Assembly (NCBI GenBank): GCA_031363055.1
Contig: JANLTP010000064.1
Location: 1,311-65,310, forward strand
DNA from: Burkholderiales bacterium
GTDB lineage: Bacteria; Pseudomonadota; Gammaproteobacteria; Burkholderiales; Burkholderiaceae_E
Direction of reading: 5' to 3'
DNA: 64,000 bases
Made by a program: the position numbers and the translations under genes
Notes under the pieces: generated by a model
What the model was told of the DNA's origin: nothing
The model's database searches: none
What the model saw: only the letters and a program-made list of their open reading frames with translations
Part shown: piece after piece, positions 56,083 through 64,000 of the stretch
How the letters are laid out: each line of letters opens with the position of its first letter
Position numbering within the stretch: the first letter of the stretch is position 1

Positions 56083-57177
56083 TCAATCACCCGCCCGAAT
56101 CTTGTTCTGCTGGATGACCTTGGCCCAGCGGTCGATCTCGACCTGAACAAAACTCTGCAGCTCTTGCGGGCTGCTCGCCGCCAGATCCATGCCCTGCGCG
56201 CTGAGTTTCTCGGCGATGGCAGGGTTGCGCAAGGCCTTGACGAATTCTTCCTGGATGCGCTTGAGCACTGGCGCCGGTGTTGCCGCTGGCGCAAACGCGC
56301 CCCACCAGGCCAGCGCGTTGTAGCCTGGCACGCCTTGATCGGCGATCGGCGCAACGCCTGGCAGTTGCGGATCGGCCTTGATGGAGGTCACGCCGAGCGC
56401 TTTGAGCTTGCCTGACTTGATGTGCGGATTGACCAGAAAAACCGTGCCGACGGCGACGCCGATTTGCCCGCCGACCGCATCGATCATCAGCGGTCCACCG
56501 CCTCGATACGGCACATGATTAAATTCGGTGCCCAGCAGATTGCCGATTTGCGTCATCGCCAGGTGGCCCAGGCTGCCGGAGCCGATCGAGCCATAGGCCA
56601 CCGATCCGGGCTTGGCCTTCGAGGCTGCCAGTACATCGGAGAAGCTGTTGAATGGCTGACTGATGTGCGCGACCACTGCCATCGGTGCGGTGCCGATCAA
56701 GGTAATCGGCGCCAGATCTTTCAGCGTGTTGAAGCCCAGATTCGGAATCAGGTTGGGATTGGTCGCATGGGTATCGAAGACGACCACCAGCGTGTGGCCA
56801 TCGGGTTCCGATTTGGCGACCATTTGCGTGCCTATGGCACCGGAGGCGCCGGTCTTGTTCTCGACGATGAAGTTTTGTCCGGTCTGCAACGCCAACTGTT
56901 GGGCGACCAAACGCGCCACCTGATCGACCGAGCCGCCGGGTGGGAACGGAACGACGATACGGACGGTCTTGGTGGGCCAGGCGGTGCTTTGTGCTCTGAC
57001 CGATTGACTGGTCAGGCTGAACAAACTGGCGCCCATCAGGAGGGCCATGGCGAGCATTCCGAGCACATTCACCGGACGCCGTGCGCGGCCTAAGCCTGCA
57101 GCCGTCCTGATTACGGCGTTGACGCTTGCATCACAGGAAGAAATAAAACGATTGCAATAGATAGCAGCCAGGTTCAC
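56083..57177 (-). CDS. Bug/TctC-family substrate-binding protein
   Basis: WPTKTVRIVVPFPPGGSVD...FIVENKTGASGAIG...PDGHTLV is present. The GTG start at 57177 has a GGGAG SD 5 nt upstream. The N-terminus is long, so the start is uncertain; ATG at 57057 is an alternative. Confidence 0.85.
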   Translation of the reverse strand: MNLAAIYCNRFISSCDASVNAVIRTAAGLGRARRPVNVLGMLAMALLMGASLFSLTSQSVRAQSTAWPTKTVRIVVPFPPGGSVDQVARLVAQQLALQTGQNFIVENKTGASGAIGTQMVAKSEPDGHTLVVVFDTHATNPNLIPNLGFNTLKDLAPITLIGTAPMAVVAHISQPFNSFSDVLAASKAKPGSVAYGSIGSGSLGHLAMTQIGNLLGTEFNHVPYRGGGPLMIDAVGGQIGVAVGTVFLVNPHIKSGKLKALGVTSIKADPQLPGVAPIADQGVPGYNALAWWGAFAPAATPAPVLKRIQEEFVKALRNPAIAEKLSAQGMDLAASSPQELQSFVQVEIDRWAKVIQQNKIRAGD

Positions 57178-57259
57178 GGTAACTCCCGATATCGATTTCA
57201 GGAATTATGCACCGCTGCTGCGGTACGCAGAAACGTTGCGGACTTAAAATGAACGAGCG

Positions 57260-57808
57260 CTAAGCGGCCTGGTTGTCTGCCTCGGGTGCAGTCAGGCTCT
57301 GTACGAGGCGGGTCAGCATGGTGTCGTGAACGCCGCGCTCTTTCAGCGAATGATAGGTGTTGACCAGATAGTCGACATTCGGGCCGCGCTCGCCGCAGCA
57401 ACCCGTCAATCGGCGCAAGACTTCGGTGTCGTCGAGTCGTTGGTAGGCGTCGCTCTCTTTGTTGGCCGCAAAGGTCAGTGCTTCGACTTTTTTGCCGCTA
57501 TCGAGCATGAGCCACACCAGGGTCGGTGCATAGACCCGGTTGAGCATTTCACGGGCATACAGTTTTTCGATTGATTCGTTGCGATCCTGCGGGCGCAAAC
57601 GGTACGCAACGCCGGTGCAACTGCCGCCGCGATCAAGTCCCAGCACCACACCTGGATTCTCGGGCGTGCCTCGATAGCGGGTCGAACGAATACAAAAGGC
57701 GCGATGAAAGCCGTGCAGTCGTGCGAGTTCGGCGTGTTCGTACTCAATCTCGGGGTTCCAGATCAGCGAGCCGTACCCGAATACCCAATCAGCGAGAATC
57801 AATTGCAT
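57260..57808 (-). CDS. chaC: Gamma-glutamylcyclotransferase, ChaC family
   Basis: 182 aa with WVFGYGSLIWNP at the N-terminus and a length typical of ChaC. Confidence 0.8.
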   Translation of the reverse strand: MQLILADWVFGYGSLIWNPEIEYEHAELARLHGFHRAFCIRSTRYRGTPENPGVVLGLDRGGSCTGVAYRLRPQDRNESIEKLYAREMLNRVYAPTLVWLMLDSGKKVEALTFAANKESDAYQRLDDTEVLRRLTGCCGERGPNVDYLVNTYHSLKERGVHDTMLTRLVQSLTAPEADNQAA

Positions 57809-57974
57809 CTGAAAATCTTAGCCGCTTACCTTCTGTTCGGGCAAGTTTACCCAGACCGAGCCGCCGGATTGGGGTTTTGGGCCGACGAGTGTTGTATTCG
57901 CAACCAGCGCCGTGCAGTGATGGCTTCAAATTACCTGACTAATCACCCGAGTGATCACTCGACTGGCCCCACGA

Positions 57975-60719
57975 TTATCGGGACTTCCCTTTGCTCACGG
58001 TCTTGACGGCGGTCTTGTTAGCAGGTTTCTTGGCGGCCGCCTTTTTGGCCACTACCGATTTGCCGGCTGCTGCGGTTCTGGCGACGGGTTTGCGCGCAAC
58101 GGCCTTTTTGGCGGCTGGCTTCCTGGCGACGGGTTTCTTCGCGGCCGCCTTTTTCGCCACGGGCCTCTTCGCTAACGGCGTTTTCGCCGCCGGTGCACCC
58201 GCCGGCGCACCCGCCGCCGAAGCGGCCGTCGCCGCCGCCGATTTGGGCGGAGCGCCCTTGCCGGCCGGCCGCTCGGGACGCGGTTCGAACTCGAAGCTGA
58301 CCTTGCCTTCCGGGCCACGAACCAGAAACGCCTTGAATTTTCGGCGCGTGCGCATCGACACAAAGCCGGGCATCAGATCGGTACGGCCCGAGTCGAGCAG
58401 CTTGGTCATTTGCTCGCGCGAGATCTCCTGTTGCAAGATGATCTTGCCGGATCGGAAGTCACAGGTTTTGGGCACGGCGACGGATTGCTCGCAGACATAG
58501 GTCAGGCCATGTTCGAACACCTTGTGACCGCACTTTGGGCAAGGTCCGAGCGGCTCGGCGCCGGTGAAATCAATGCCCTCGCCGTCTTCGCCGTCCGGAT
58601 TTTGTCCAAAATCGAACTCAAGCTTGTGTTCGGCGGTCATCTTGAGCAGTGCCGCAAAGGGGCGCCCCAAGCGGCTGCGGAATCCCTGCAACGGCCCCAG
58701 CGTCTTGTTCAGTAACAGTTGTTCGGCTTCAATCACCTCGAGTTGCCGACCACCCGGGATCTTGGTGATCGAAAAATCGCATTTTGTGCAGGCGAATCGG
58801 CGATAGTTCTCCTTCACCACGGCGCCGCACTTCGGGCACGGCGTCGACAAAGTTGCGTAGTCACCCGGAACGGTATCGGCCTGATAATTCTTGGCGCGCT
58901 CGACGACCTGACGGGCAATATCAGCAATCTCGCGCATGAAGTCTTCACGCTTGAGGCCGCCGCGCTCCATCTGGGCGAGCTTGTATTCCCATTCGCCGGT
59001 CAATTCCGGTGCCGTCAGCTCGGTAACACCCAGCCCTCGCAGCAGAGTGAACAACTGAAATGCCTTGGTGGTCGGGATCAGATCCTTGCCATCACGAATC
59101 AGGTAATTCTCGGAAATCAGCCCTTCGATGACCGCCGCCCGAGTCGCCGGGGTACCCAGCCCTTTGGCGGCCATGGCGGCGCGCAATTCATCGTCCTCAA
59201 TGAGTTTGCCCGCCCCCTCCATCGCCGACAGCAAGGTACCCTCGTTGTACCGCGCCGGCGGTTTGGTGCTCAGGACCAAGGCGTCGATTGAGTTGGTAAG
59301 TACTAGCTCGCCCTGCTTGACAGGAACCAGATTACCGGTTTCCTCGGCGGCAGCGCGTCCATATACTGTAAGCCATCCGGGGTTTGTAAGCACTCGCCCT
59401 TCGGTCTTGAATTGATGCGTCTTGACGGTAGTGATCCGGGTGGTGACCAGATATTCTGCCGCCGGGAAAAAGATTGCAACAAATCGTCTGACGATCAGTT
59501 CGTAAACTTTCAGTTCGAGGTCGGACAGCGACTTCGGAGTTTGAACGGTCGGAATAATCGCGAAGTGATCGGATACTTTTGTGTTGTCAAAAATCCGTTT
59601 GTTCGGCTTGATCCAACTATTAGTGAGCACTTGCTTGGCGACAGCCCCAAAGGTGGACGTCGCCTGCAACTCGGTGAAGGTCTGCTTGACCGTGGAAAGA
59701 TAGTCTTCGGGCAGCGCGCGCGAATCGGTTCGCGGATAGGTTATGGCCTTGTGTCGTTCATACAGCGCCTGGGCGATCGACAAGGTGGTCTTTGCCGACA
59801 GTCCAAACCGGCCATTGGCTTCACGCTGCAGACTGGTCAGATCAAACAGGGCCGGCGCCATTTGCGAGCTGGGTTTCGACTCCTCGGTGACCTGCCCGGA
59901 TTGATTGGTGCAGTCACGAACAATGCTGTCAGCCGTTCCGCGATCCCAGAGCCGTTCGGCGCGGACTTCGGCGTCGTTTTCGTCCTTCTTGAATTTCGGA
60001 TCGAACCAGCGACCTTCATAGGCTCCGGCCTGGGCACCGAACTGAGCCTTGACCTCGAAATATTCACGGGCCACAAATCGCTTGATACGCTCTTCGCGCT
60101 CCACCACGACCGCCAGGGTGGGCGTCTGCACCCGGCCAACGGTGGTCAGGTAGAAGCCGCCATCGCGCGAATTGAAGGCCGTCATCGCCCGGGTGCCGTT
60201 GATGCCGACCAGCCAGTCGGCCTCGGAACGGCAGCGGGCTGCGTCGGCCAGCGGCATCATCTCGGCGTCGTCACGCAGACGCGTGAACGCCTCGCGAATC
60301 GCCGCCGGTGTCATCGATTGCAACCAGAGCCGCTTGATCGGCTGCTTCGCCTTGGCATGTTGCACGATCAGCCTGAAAATCAACTCGCCCTCGCGCCCGG
60401 CGTCACAAGCGTTGATGAGGGCACTGACGTCCTTGCGTTTCAACAACCGGGTCAATAACTTCAAGCGGTCTTCGCTCCTGGCGATCGGGTTCAGATCGAA
60501 ATGAGTCGGCAACACGGGCAGGTTCGCAAATGACCATTTGCCGCGTTTGACTTCGAACTGCTCGGGCGCGCTGATCTCGACCAGATGCCCGACCGCGGAG
60601 GACAAGACATAGTGATCACTTTCGAGGTGATCGCCTTGTTTGGTGAAGCCGCCGAGCGCGCGCGAAATGTCCGCAGCGACCGATGGTTTCTCAGCAATGA
60701 TTAGTGTTTTGGACATCAA
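57975..60719 (-). CDS. topB: DNA topoisomerase III with a Lys/Ala/Pro-rich C-terminal tail
   Basis: 914 aa with the Toprim LIIAEKPSVA and DAGREGELIF motifs, two CPKCG zinc-ribbon motifs, and a terminal ~100 aa of AKKPVA-type repeats. Confidence 0.9.
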   Translation of the reverse strand: MMSKTLIIAEKPSVAADISRALGGFTKQGDHLESDHYVLSSAVGHLVEISAPEQFEVKRGKWSFANLPVLPTHFDLNPIARSEDRLKLLTRLLKRKDVSALINACDAGREGELIFRLIVQHAKAKQPIKRLWLQSMTPAAIREAFTRLRDDAEMMPLADAARCRSEADWLVGINGTRAMTAFNSRDGGFYLTTVGRVQTPTLAVVVEREERIKRFVAREYFEVKAQFGAQAGAYEGRWFDPKFKKDENDAEVRAERLWDRGTADSIVRDCTNQSGQVTEESKPSSQMAPALFDLTSLQREANGRFGLSAKTTLSIAQALYERHKAITYPRTDSRALPEDYLSTVKQTFTELQATSTFGAVAKQVLTNSWIKPNKRIFDNTKVSDHFAIIPTVQTPKSLSDLELKVYELIVRRFVAIFFPAAEYLVTTRITTVKTHQFKTEGRVLTNPGWLTVYGRAAAEETGNLVPVKQGELVLTNSIDALVLSTKPPARYNEGTLLSAMEGAGKLIEDDELRAAMAAKGLGTPATRAAVIEGLISENYLIRDGKDLIPTTKAFQLFTLLRGLGVTELTAPELTGEWEYKLAQMERGGLKREDFMREIADIARQVVERAKNYQADTVPGDYATLSTPCPKCGAVVKENYRRFACTKCDFSITKIPGGRQLEVIEAEQLLLNKTLGPLQGFRSRLGRPFAALLKMTAEHKLEFDFGQNPDGEDGEGIDFTGAEPLGPCPKCGHKVFEHGLTYVCEQSVAVPKTCDFRSGKIILQQEISREQMTKLLDSGRTDLMPGFVSMRTRRKFKAFLVRGPEGKVSFEFEPRPERPAGKGAPPKSAAATAASAAGAPAGAPAAKTPLAKRPVAKKAAAKKPVARKPAAKKAVARKPVARTAAAGKSVVAKKAAAKKPANKTAVKTVSKGKSR

Positions 60720-60819
60720 ATGTCTGCAGGAGGCTCTCAGCGAATACTGTAAAAAACGGGCCTAATAGTAAGTGGCGAACGCCGAAAAACGCAAGCGGGC
60801 CTGCTGGCAGGCATAAAAA

Positions 60820-62319
60820 TCAGGCAAAGCTTGCGCCGTTTATCGCGCTGCCTGCCGTGCTGTCAGTCACGCTGTCCGTCGCGCTGTCCGTCGCGCTAAG
60901 TACGGAGCTTTGCTGCCGTGCTGAATGTCGTGCAGCCTTGAGTCTTTGGAAGCGACCATCCGGCAACCGCTCAATGACGTTCGCGAGCTCGAGCATCGTT
61001 AATTGCGCACTCAAGGTTGCGACTGAAATATCGTGGCCGGCGCTGAGTTCGTCGATGCTGGCCGGGTCCCAGCCGAGCGCGTTCAACACGGCACGGGCGT
61101 CAGTATTGATAGCGATGCTGCCATCGGTGGTAGCTTCACCTTTTGCATAGGTAGAGGCTTCGCTTTTTGTAGAGGCTTCATTTTTGGTACCCGTAATGGC
61201 TTCGTCTGCGCCAATCGCGGTGGCGACTTTTTCGGTGTTCCCGAGGGCTTTACCACTCCATTGAGTAACTGATTGCCGCCCGATTGCGTTAGCGCGGCGA
61301 TAACTGGCCGGCGCAATTTCGCCGAGGATATCGTCGGCGCACTCGACCAGCTTGGCGCCTTGTTTGATGAGGTAGTGACAGCCCTTGGCCAGAGGCGAAT
61401 CAATTGAACCGGGCAGCGCGAACACATCACGCCCCAACTCGGCGGCCAGCCGCGCCGTGATCAGCGAGCCACTTTGGCGCGCGGCCTCGACCACCAGGAC
61501 GCCCTCGCCGAGTGCCGCGATCAAGCGATTGCGGCGTGGAAAGTGCGATCGCAACGGCAAGGTAGCCAGCGCGAACTCCGACACGATCAAGCCCTTGGCG
61601 GCCACCGCCAAGCCGAGCTCGCGATTGCTGGCCGGATAGATCTTCTCCAGCCCATGCGCCAGCACCGCAATCGTGCTGGCGGCCGTGCCCAGGCCGCCCT
61701 GATGGGCCGCCGCATCGATGCCGCGCGCCATACCGCTCAAAATGGTCCATCCGGCCTGACCTAAGCTATACGCGAATTCACGCGCGTGTTCAACGCCACC
61801 GCGGCTTGCGTGTCGACTGCCGACAACGCCAATCGCGGGCCGGTGCAGCAGCGTCAGATCACCGATCGCCCAGAGCAACGGCGGTGGGTCGCTCAAGTCG
61901 AGCAGCGACTCGGGGTATTGGATATCGCCCAGCGCCAGCAGATGATGGTTGGGCCGTCTGAGCCAATTCAGATTGAGCTCGATGGCCGCTGCGCGCGCAT
62001 CGTCGTCTGACTTCAGCGAACGGGCGAGCGGCGCTTCGATGAACTCGGACAATGCGTCCAGACTCGCATCGAAGATCTGTTCGGGCAAGCCGAATTGGCG
62101 CAGCAGGCGATAAATTCGCGCTTGACCCAGACCCGGGGTCAACACCAGTTTGAGCCAGAGCGCCCGCCGCTCAAGGGTCTCGATTTGGCACGACTGCTGG
62201 GACTGATCGAGGACCTCGATTCGGCTCGGTCGTCGGCATTGCTCGAGCGCGCCAACAAGATCGGGCTCAACGTCGGGCTCAACGTCGGGCTCATCGCGCC
62301 GATCGGGAACTGTGGACAT
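60820..62319 (-). CDS. dprA: DNA-processing protein DprA (Smf) with low-complexity extensions
   Basis: 499 aa with the core GVVGSRHASRGGVEHAREFAYSLGQAGWTILSGMARGIDAAAHQG. There are a C-terminal wHTH-like region and repeat-rich N- and C-termini. Confidence 0.88.
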   Translation of the reverse strand: MSTVPDRRDEPDVEPDVEPDLVGALEQCRRPSRIEVLDQSQQSCQIETLERRALWLKLVLTPGLGQARIYRLLRQFGLPEQIFDASLDALSEFIEAPLARSLKSDDDARAAAIELNLNWLRRPNHHLLALGDIQYPESLLDLSDPPPLLWAIGDLTLLHRPAIGVVGSRHASRGGVEHAREFAYSLGQAGWTILSGMARGIDAAAHQGGLGTAASTIAVLAHGLEKIYPASNRELGLAVAAKGLIVSEFALATLPLRSHFPRRNRLIAALGEGVLVVEAARQSGSLITARLAAELGRDVFALPGSIDSPLAKGCHYLIKQGAKLVECADDILGEIAPASYRRANAIGRQSVTQWSGKALGNTEKVATAIGADEAITGTKNEASTKSEASTYAKGEATTDGSIAINTDARAVLNALGWDPASIDELSAGHDISVATLSAQLTMLELANVIERLPDGRFQRLKAARHSARQQSSVLSATDSATDSVTDSTAGSAINGASFA

Positions 62320-62407
62320 GGGGGTGATCGCCTTTCGGTCCGCAGCCAGTCGGACCCGTGCATGAGCGGCCGCCGTGAGCGGCTCGCTTCACCGGCGCAG
62401 CTCGACC

Positions 62408-63523
62408 CTAGGGCGTCACGACGTTATCACCGACCGATACCGCACGACGTGCATCCATGATCAAGCCATAGGCGATCTTATCGAATACACGGAAAACTAA
62501 TAGATAGCCTGTCGACTCATCCGGCAGTTTGATGAGTTCGCGCTTCTCGCTCTCGCGGTCTAGAACAACAGCACCGCGCTGCTGGATCGACAGGACATGA
62601 CCGACATCAAGGCCATGATCCTTGCCGACGTTCAGGGCGACTACCGAATTGCGACCGGCCTGCGCCACGCCGCGATAGACCGATACGATCCGGCCCTTGA
62701 TCTCGTTCTCGGGAGCGTGCGGTGCATAGTTCACAATGCGGCCGCGCTCGGCCGGCATCAGGCGATCGCCCTCACCCACTTCCTCGCTGGTACCAACGAT
62801 GCGCAAGGTTGATGGATCGCCGGATCGCTCGATGCGACCGGTGCCGACATACAAGGCCTCGAACGCAATCGGCAAGCGGGTATCGGGGTCGAGCAGTGGC
62901 TTGGCCTGGCGGTATATATGCCATTCTGTTTGAGTCGGCAGTGCCTCCTTGCTGCGGACATAGGCGACGTCACCGCGACCGAGATAGACCCGGCCTTCCT
63001 GCGTCGCGACGATGCGCGGATGGGTTCGCAAACCGGCTTCGTCGACGATCAGGGGCCGGTTCAGAAAGGCGTCAATGGCCGCGGCGCTGATGGTTGAAAT
63101 CGCCGAGGTCTCGAGCGAGCTCGAGCGCGCCATCGGTTGCACCGCACCGCGCCGCTCAGTGCTGCTACCCGCACCGTCGCCCACTGCCTTGCCCAAGCGA
63201 AGCCGCGGCGAACCGGAAGAGTTATCGAGGTAGACCACATCGCCCGGATAAATCCAGTGCGGATTCTTGATTTGCTCTTTGTTCAGTTGCCAAACCTCCG
63301 GCCAGAGCCAGGGTTTCTGCAGGAATTTACCGGAGATATCCCACAGCGTGTCGCCGCGTACCACCGTGTAGCGATCGGGCGCATCTTTGGACAGTTGTAC
63401 TGGCGAAGTGGCGGCGGCCTGCGCGTTCGGCAACAATGCGCCGGTTGCACTCAGGGCAAACCATCCTAGTGCCGAAGCGATCAATGCGGCGTGCGCAAAA
63501 TACCGCGTGCTAAAATTTTTCAT
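62408..63523 (-). CDS. LysM domain-containing periplasmic protein
   Basis: 371 aa with a signal peptide and the LysM motif YTVVRGDTLWDISGKFL. It occupies the conserved position between dprA and def. Confidence 0.85.
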   Translation of the reverse strand: MKNFSTRYFAHAALIASALGWFALSATGALLPNAQAAATSPVQLSKDAPDRYTVVRGDTLWDISGKFLQKPWLWPEVWQLNKEQIKNPHWIYPGDVVYLDNSSGSPRLRLGKAVGDGAGSSTERRGAVQPMARSSSLETSAISTISAAAIDAFLNRPLIVDEAGLRTHPRIVATQEGRVYLGRGDVAYVRSKEALPTQTEWHIYRQAKPLLDPDTRLPIAFEALYVGTGRIERSGDPSTLRIVGTSEEVGEGDRLMPAERGRIVNYAPHAPENEIKGRIVSVYRGVAQAGRNSVVALNVGKDHGLDVGHVLSIQQRGAVVLDRESEKRELIKLPDESTGYLLVFRVFDKIAYGLIMDARRAVSVGDNVVTP

Positions 63524-63626
63524 TCTGAAGGCCCGTCACTTCGAATTCCGAGAGTTTATGTTAGATTCTGGCTCTAATGCATTGATGTTGCAACTAATTT
63601 GCCCCACCAGCGGTTGATTTTCGCCG

Positions 63627-64000
63627 ATGACCGTACTGTCCATCCTTCGTTATCCCGATCCTCGTTTGCACCGGATTGCACAACCGGTCGAAAAGGTCGA
63701 CGATTCCATTCGCCAGTTGATCGCGGATATGAGCGAAACCATGTACGAGGCGCCCGGCATTGGCTTGGCGGCCACTCAGGTTGATCGCCACATTCGCCTG
63801 ATCGTCATGGACGTATCGGAAGAAAAGAACGAGCTACGCGTGTTCATCAACCCGGAGATCGTTAACGCCAGTGATGAGCGGAAAACCTACGAAGAAGGTT
63901 GCCTGTCGGTGCCCGGCATCTACGAAGAGGTCGAGCGGCCCGAGGCGATCACCATCAAGGCGCTGGATCGCGACGGCAAACCCTTCACGCTCGAAGCCGA
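63627..64000 (+). CDS. def: Peptide deformylase (3' end outside window)
   Basis: [14 protein letters not shown]..., GIGLAATQV and EGCLSVPG motifs are present. Confidence 0.92.
   Translation, partial: MTVLSILRYPDPRLHRIAQPVEKVDDSIRQLIADMSETMYEAPGIGLAATQVDRHIRLIVMDVSEEKNELRVFINPEIVNASDERKTYEEGCLSVPGIYEEVERPEAITIKALDRDGKPFTLEA

Noticed and set aside
59412-60458. 348-aa plus-strand ORF
   Set aside because: It is antisense to topB, whose frame carries unambiguous Toprim and topoisomerase motifs.
60838-60905. Short direct repeats that might be mistaken for a mini CRISPR-like array
   Set aside because: The units are contiguous 12-nt in-frame repeats inside dprA with no spacers. There are no cas genes anywhere in the window.

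Overview
This is a high-GC window of about 60% GC. It looks like a chromosomal segment from a betaproteobacterium of the Burkholderiales type. I infer this from four intact orphan Bug/TctC-family periplasmic binding proteins plus one decayed copy, and from a dprA/LysM/def neighbourhood; I did not run any search. Most of the window is ordinary, densely packed metabolic and transport genes:
- a Liv-type ABC importer
- tartrate/D-malate dehydrogenase
- a P450
- a SulP transporter
- queC plus a YhhQ-type transporter
- a WS/DGAT acyltransferase
- an ICL/PEP-mutase + LeuCD-like + HIBADH cluster
- a carotenoid oxygenase
- IorAB-type molybdoenzyme subunits
- acyl-CoA synthetase and dehydrogenase
- topB, dprA and def

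Features outside this ordinary set:
1. A 1132-aa RTX/Ig-repeat type I secretion adhesin, with no secretion genes nearby.
2. A membrane-anchored protein with an unusually short ABC-type ATPase domain, attached to the end of the liv operon.
3. A membrane-anchored C13 (clan CD) peptidase.
4. A patchy, lower-GC accessory stretch at about 44.2-54.9 kb. It holds decayed toxin-antitoxin and defence-type genes: a frameshifted wHTH gene, a multi-frameshift ATPase-associated remnant, a StbD/StbE pair whose toxin lacks a start codon, AbiEii-like fragments, and a DUF4160 pseudogene next to an intact DUF2442 gene. A decayed Bug copy lies in the same stretch.
5. A second orphan, frameshifted Phd/YefM antitoxin at 7.0 kb.

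I found no rRNA, tRNA, CRISPR array, integrase or transposase. I could not identify a clearly novel multi-gene system. The best candidates for follow-up are the findings with the highest interest scores. All frameshift calls could be sequencing errors and need read-level confirmation.
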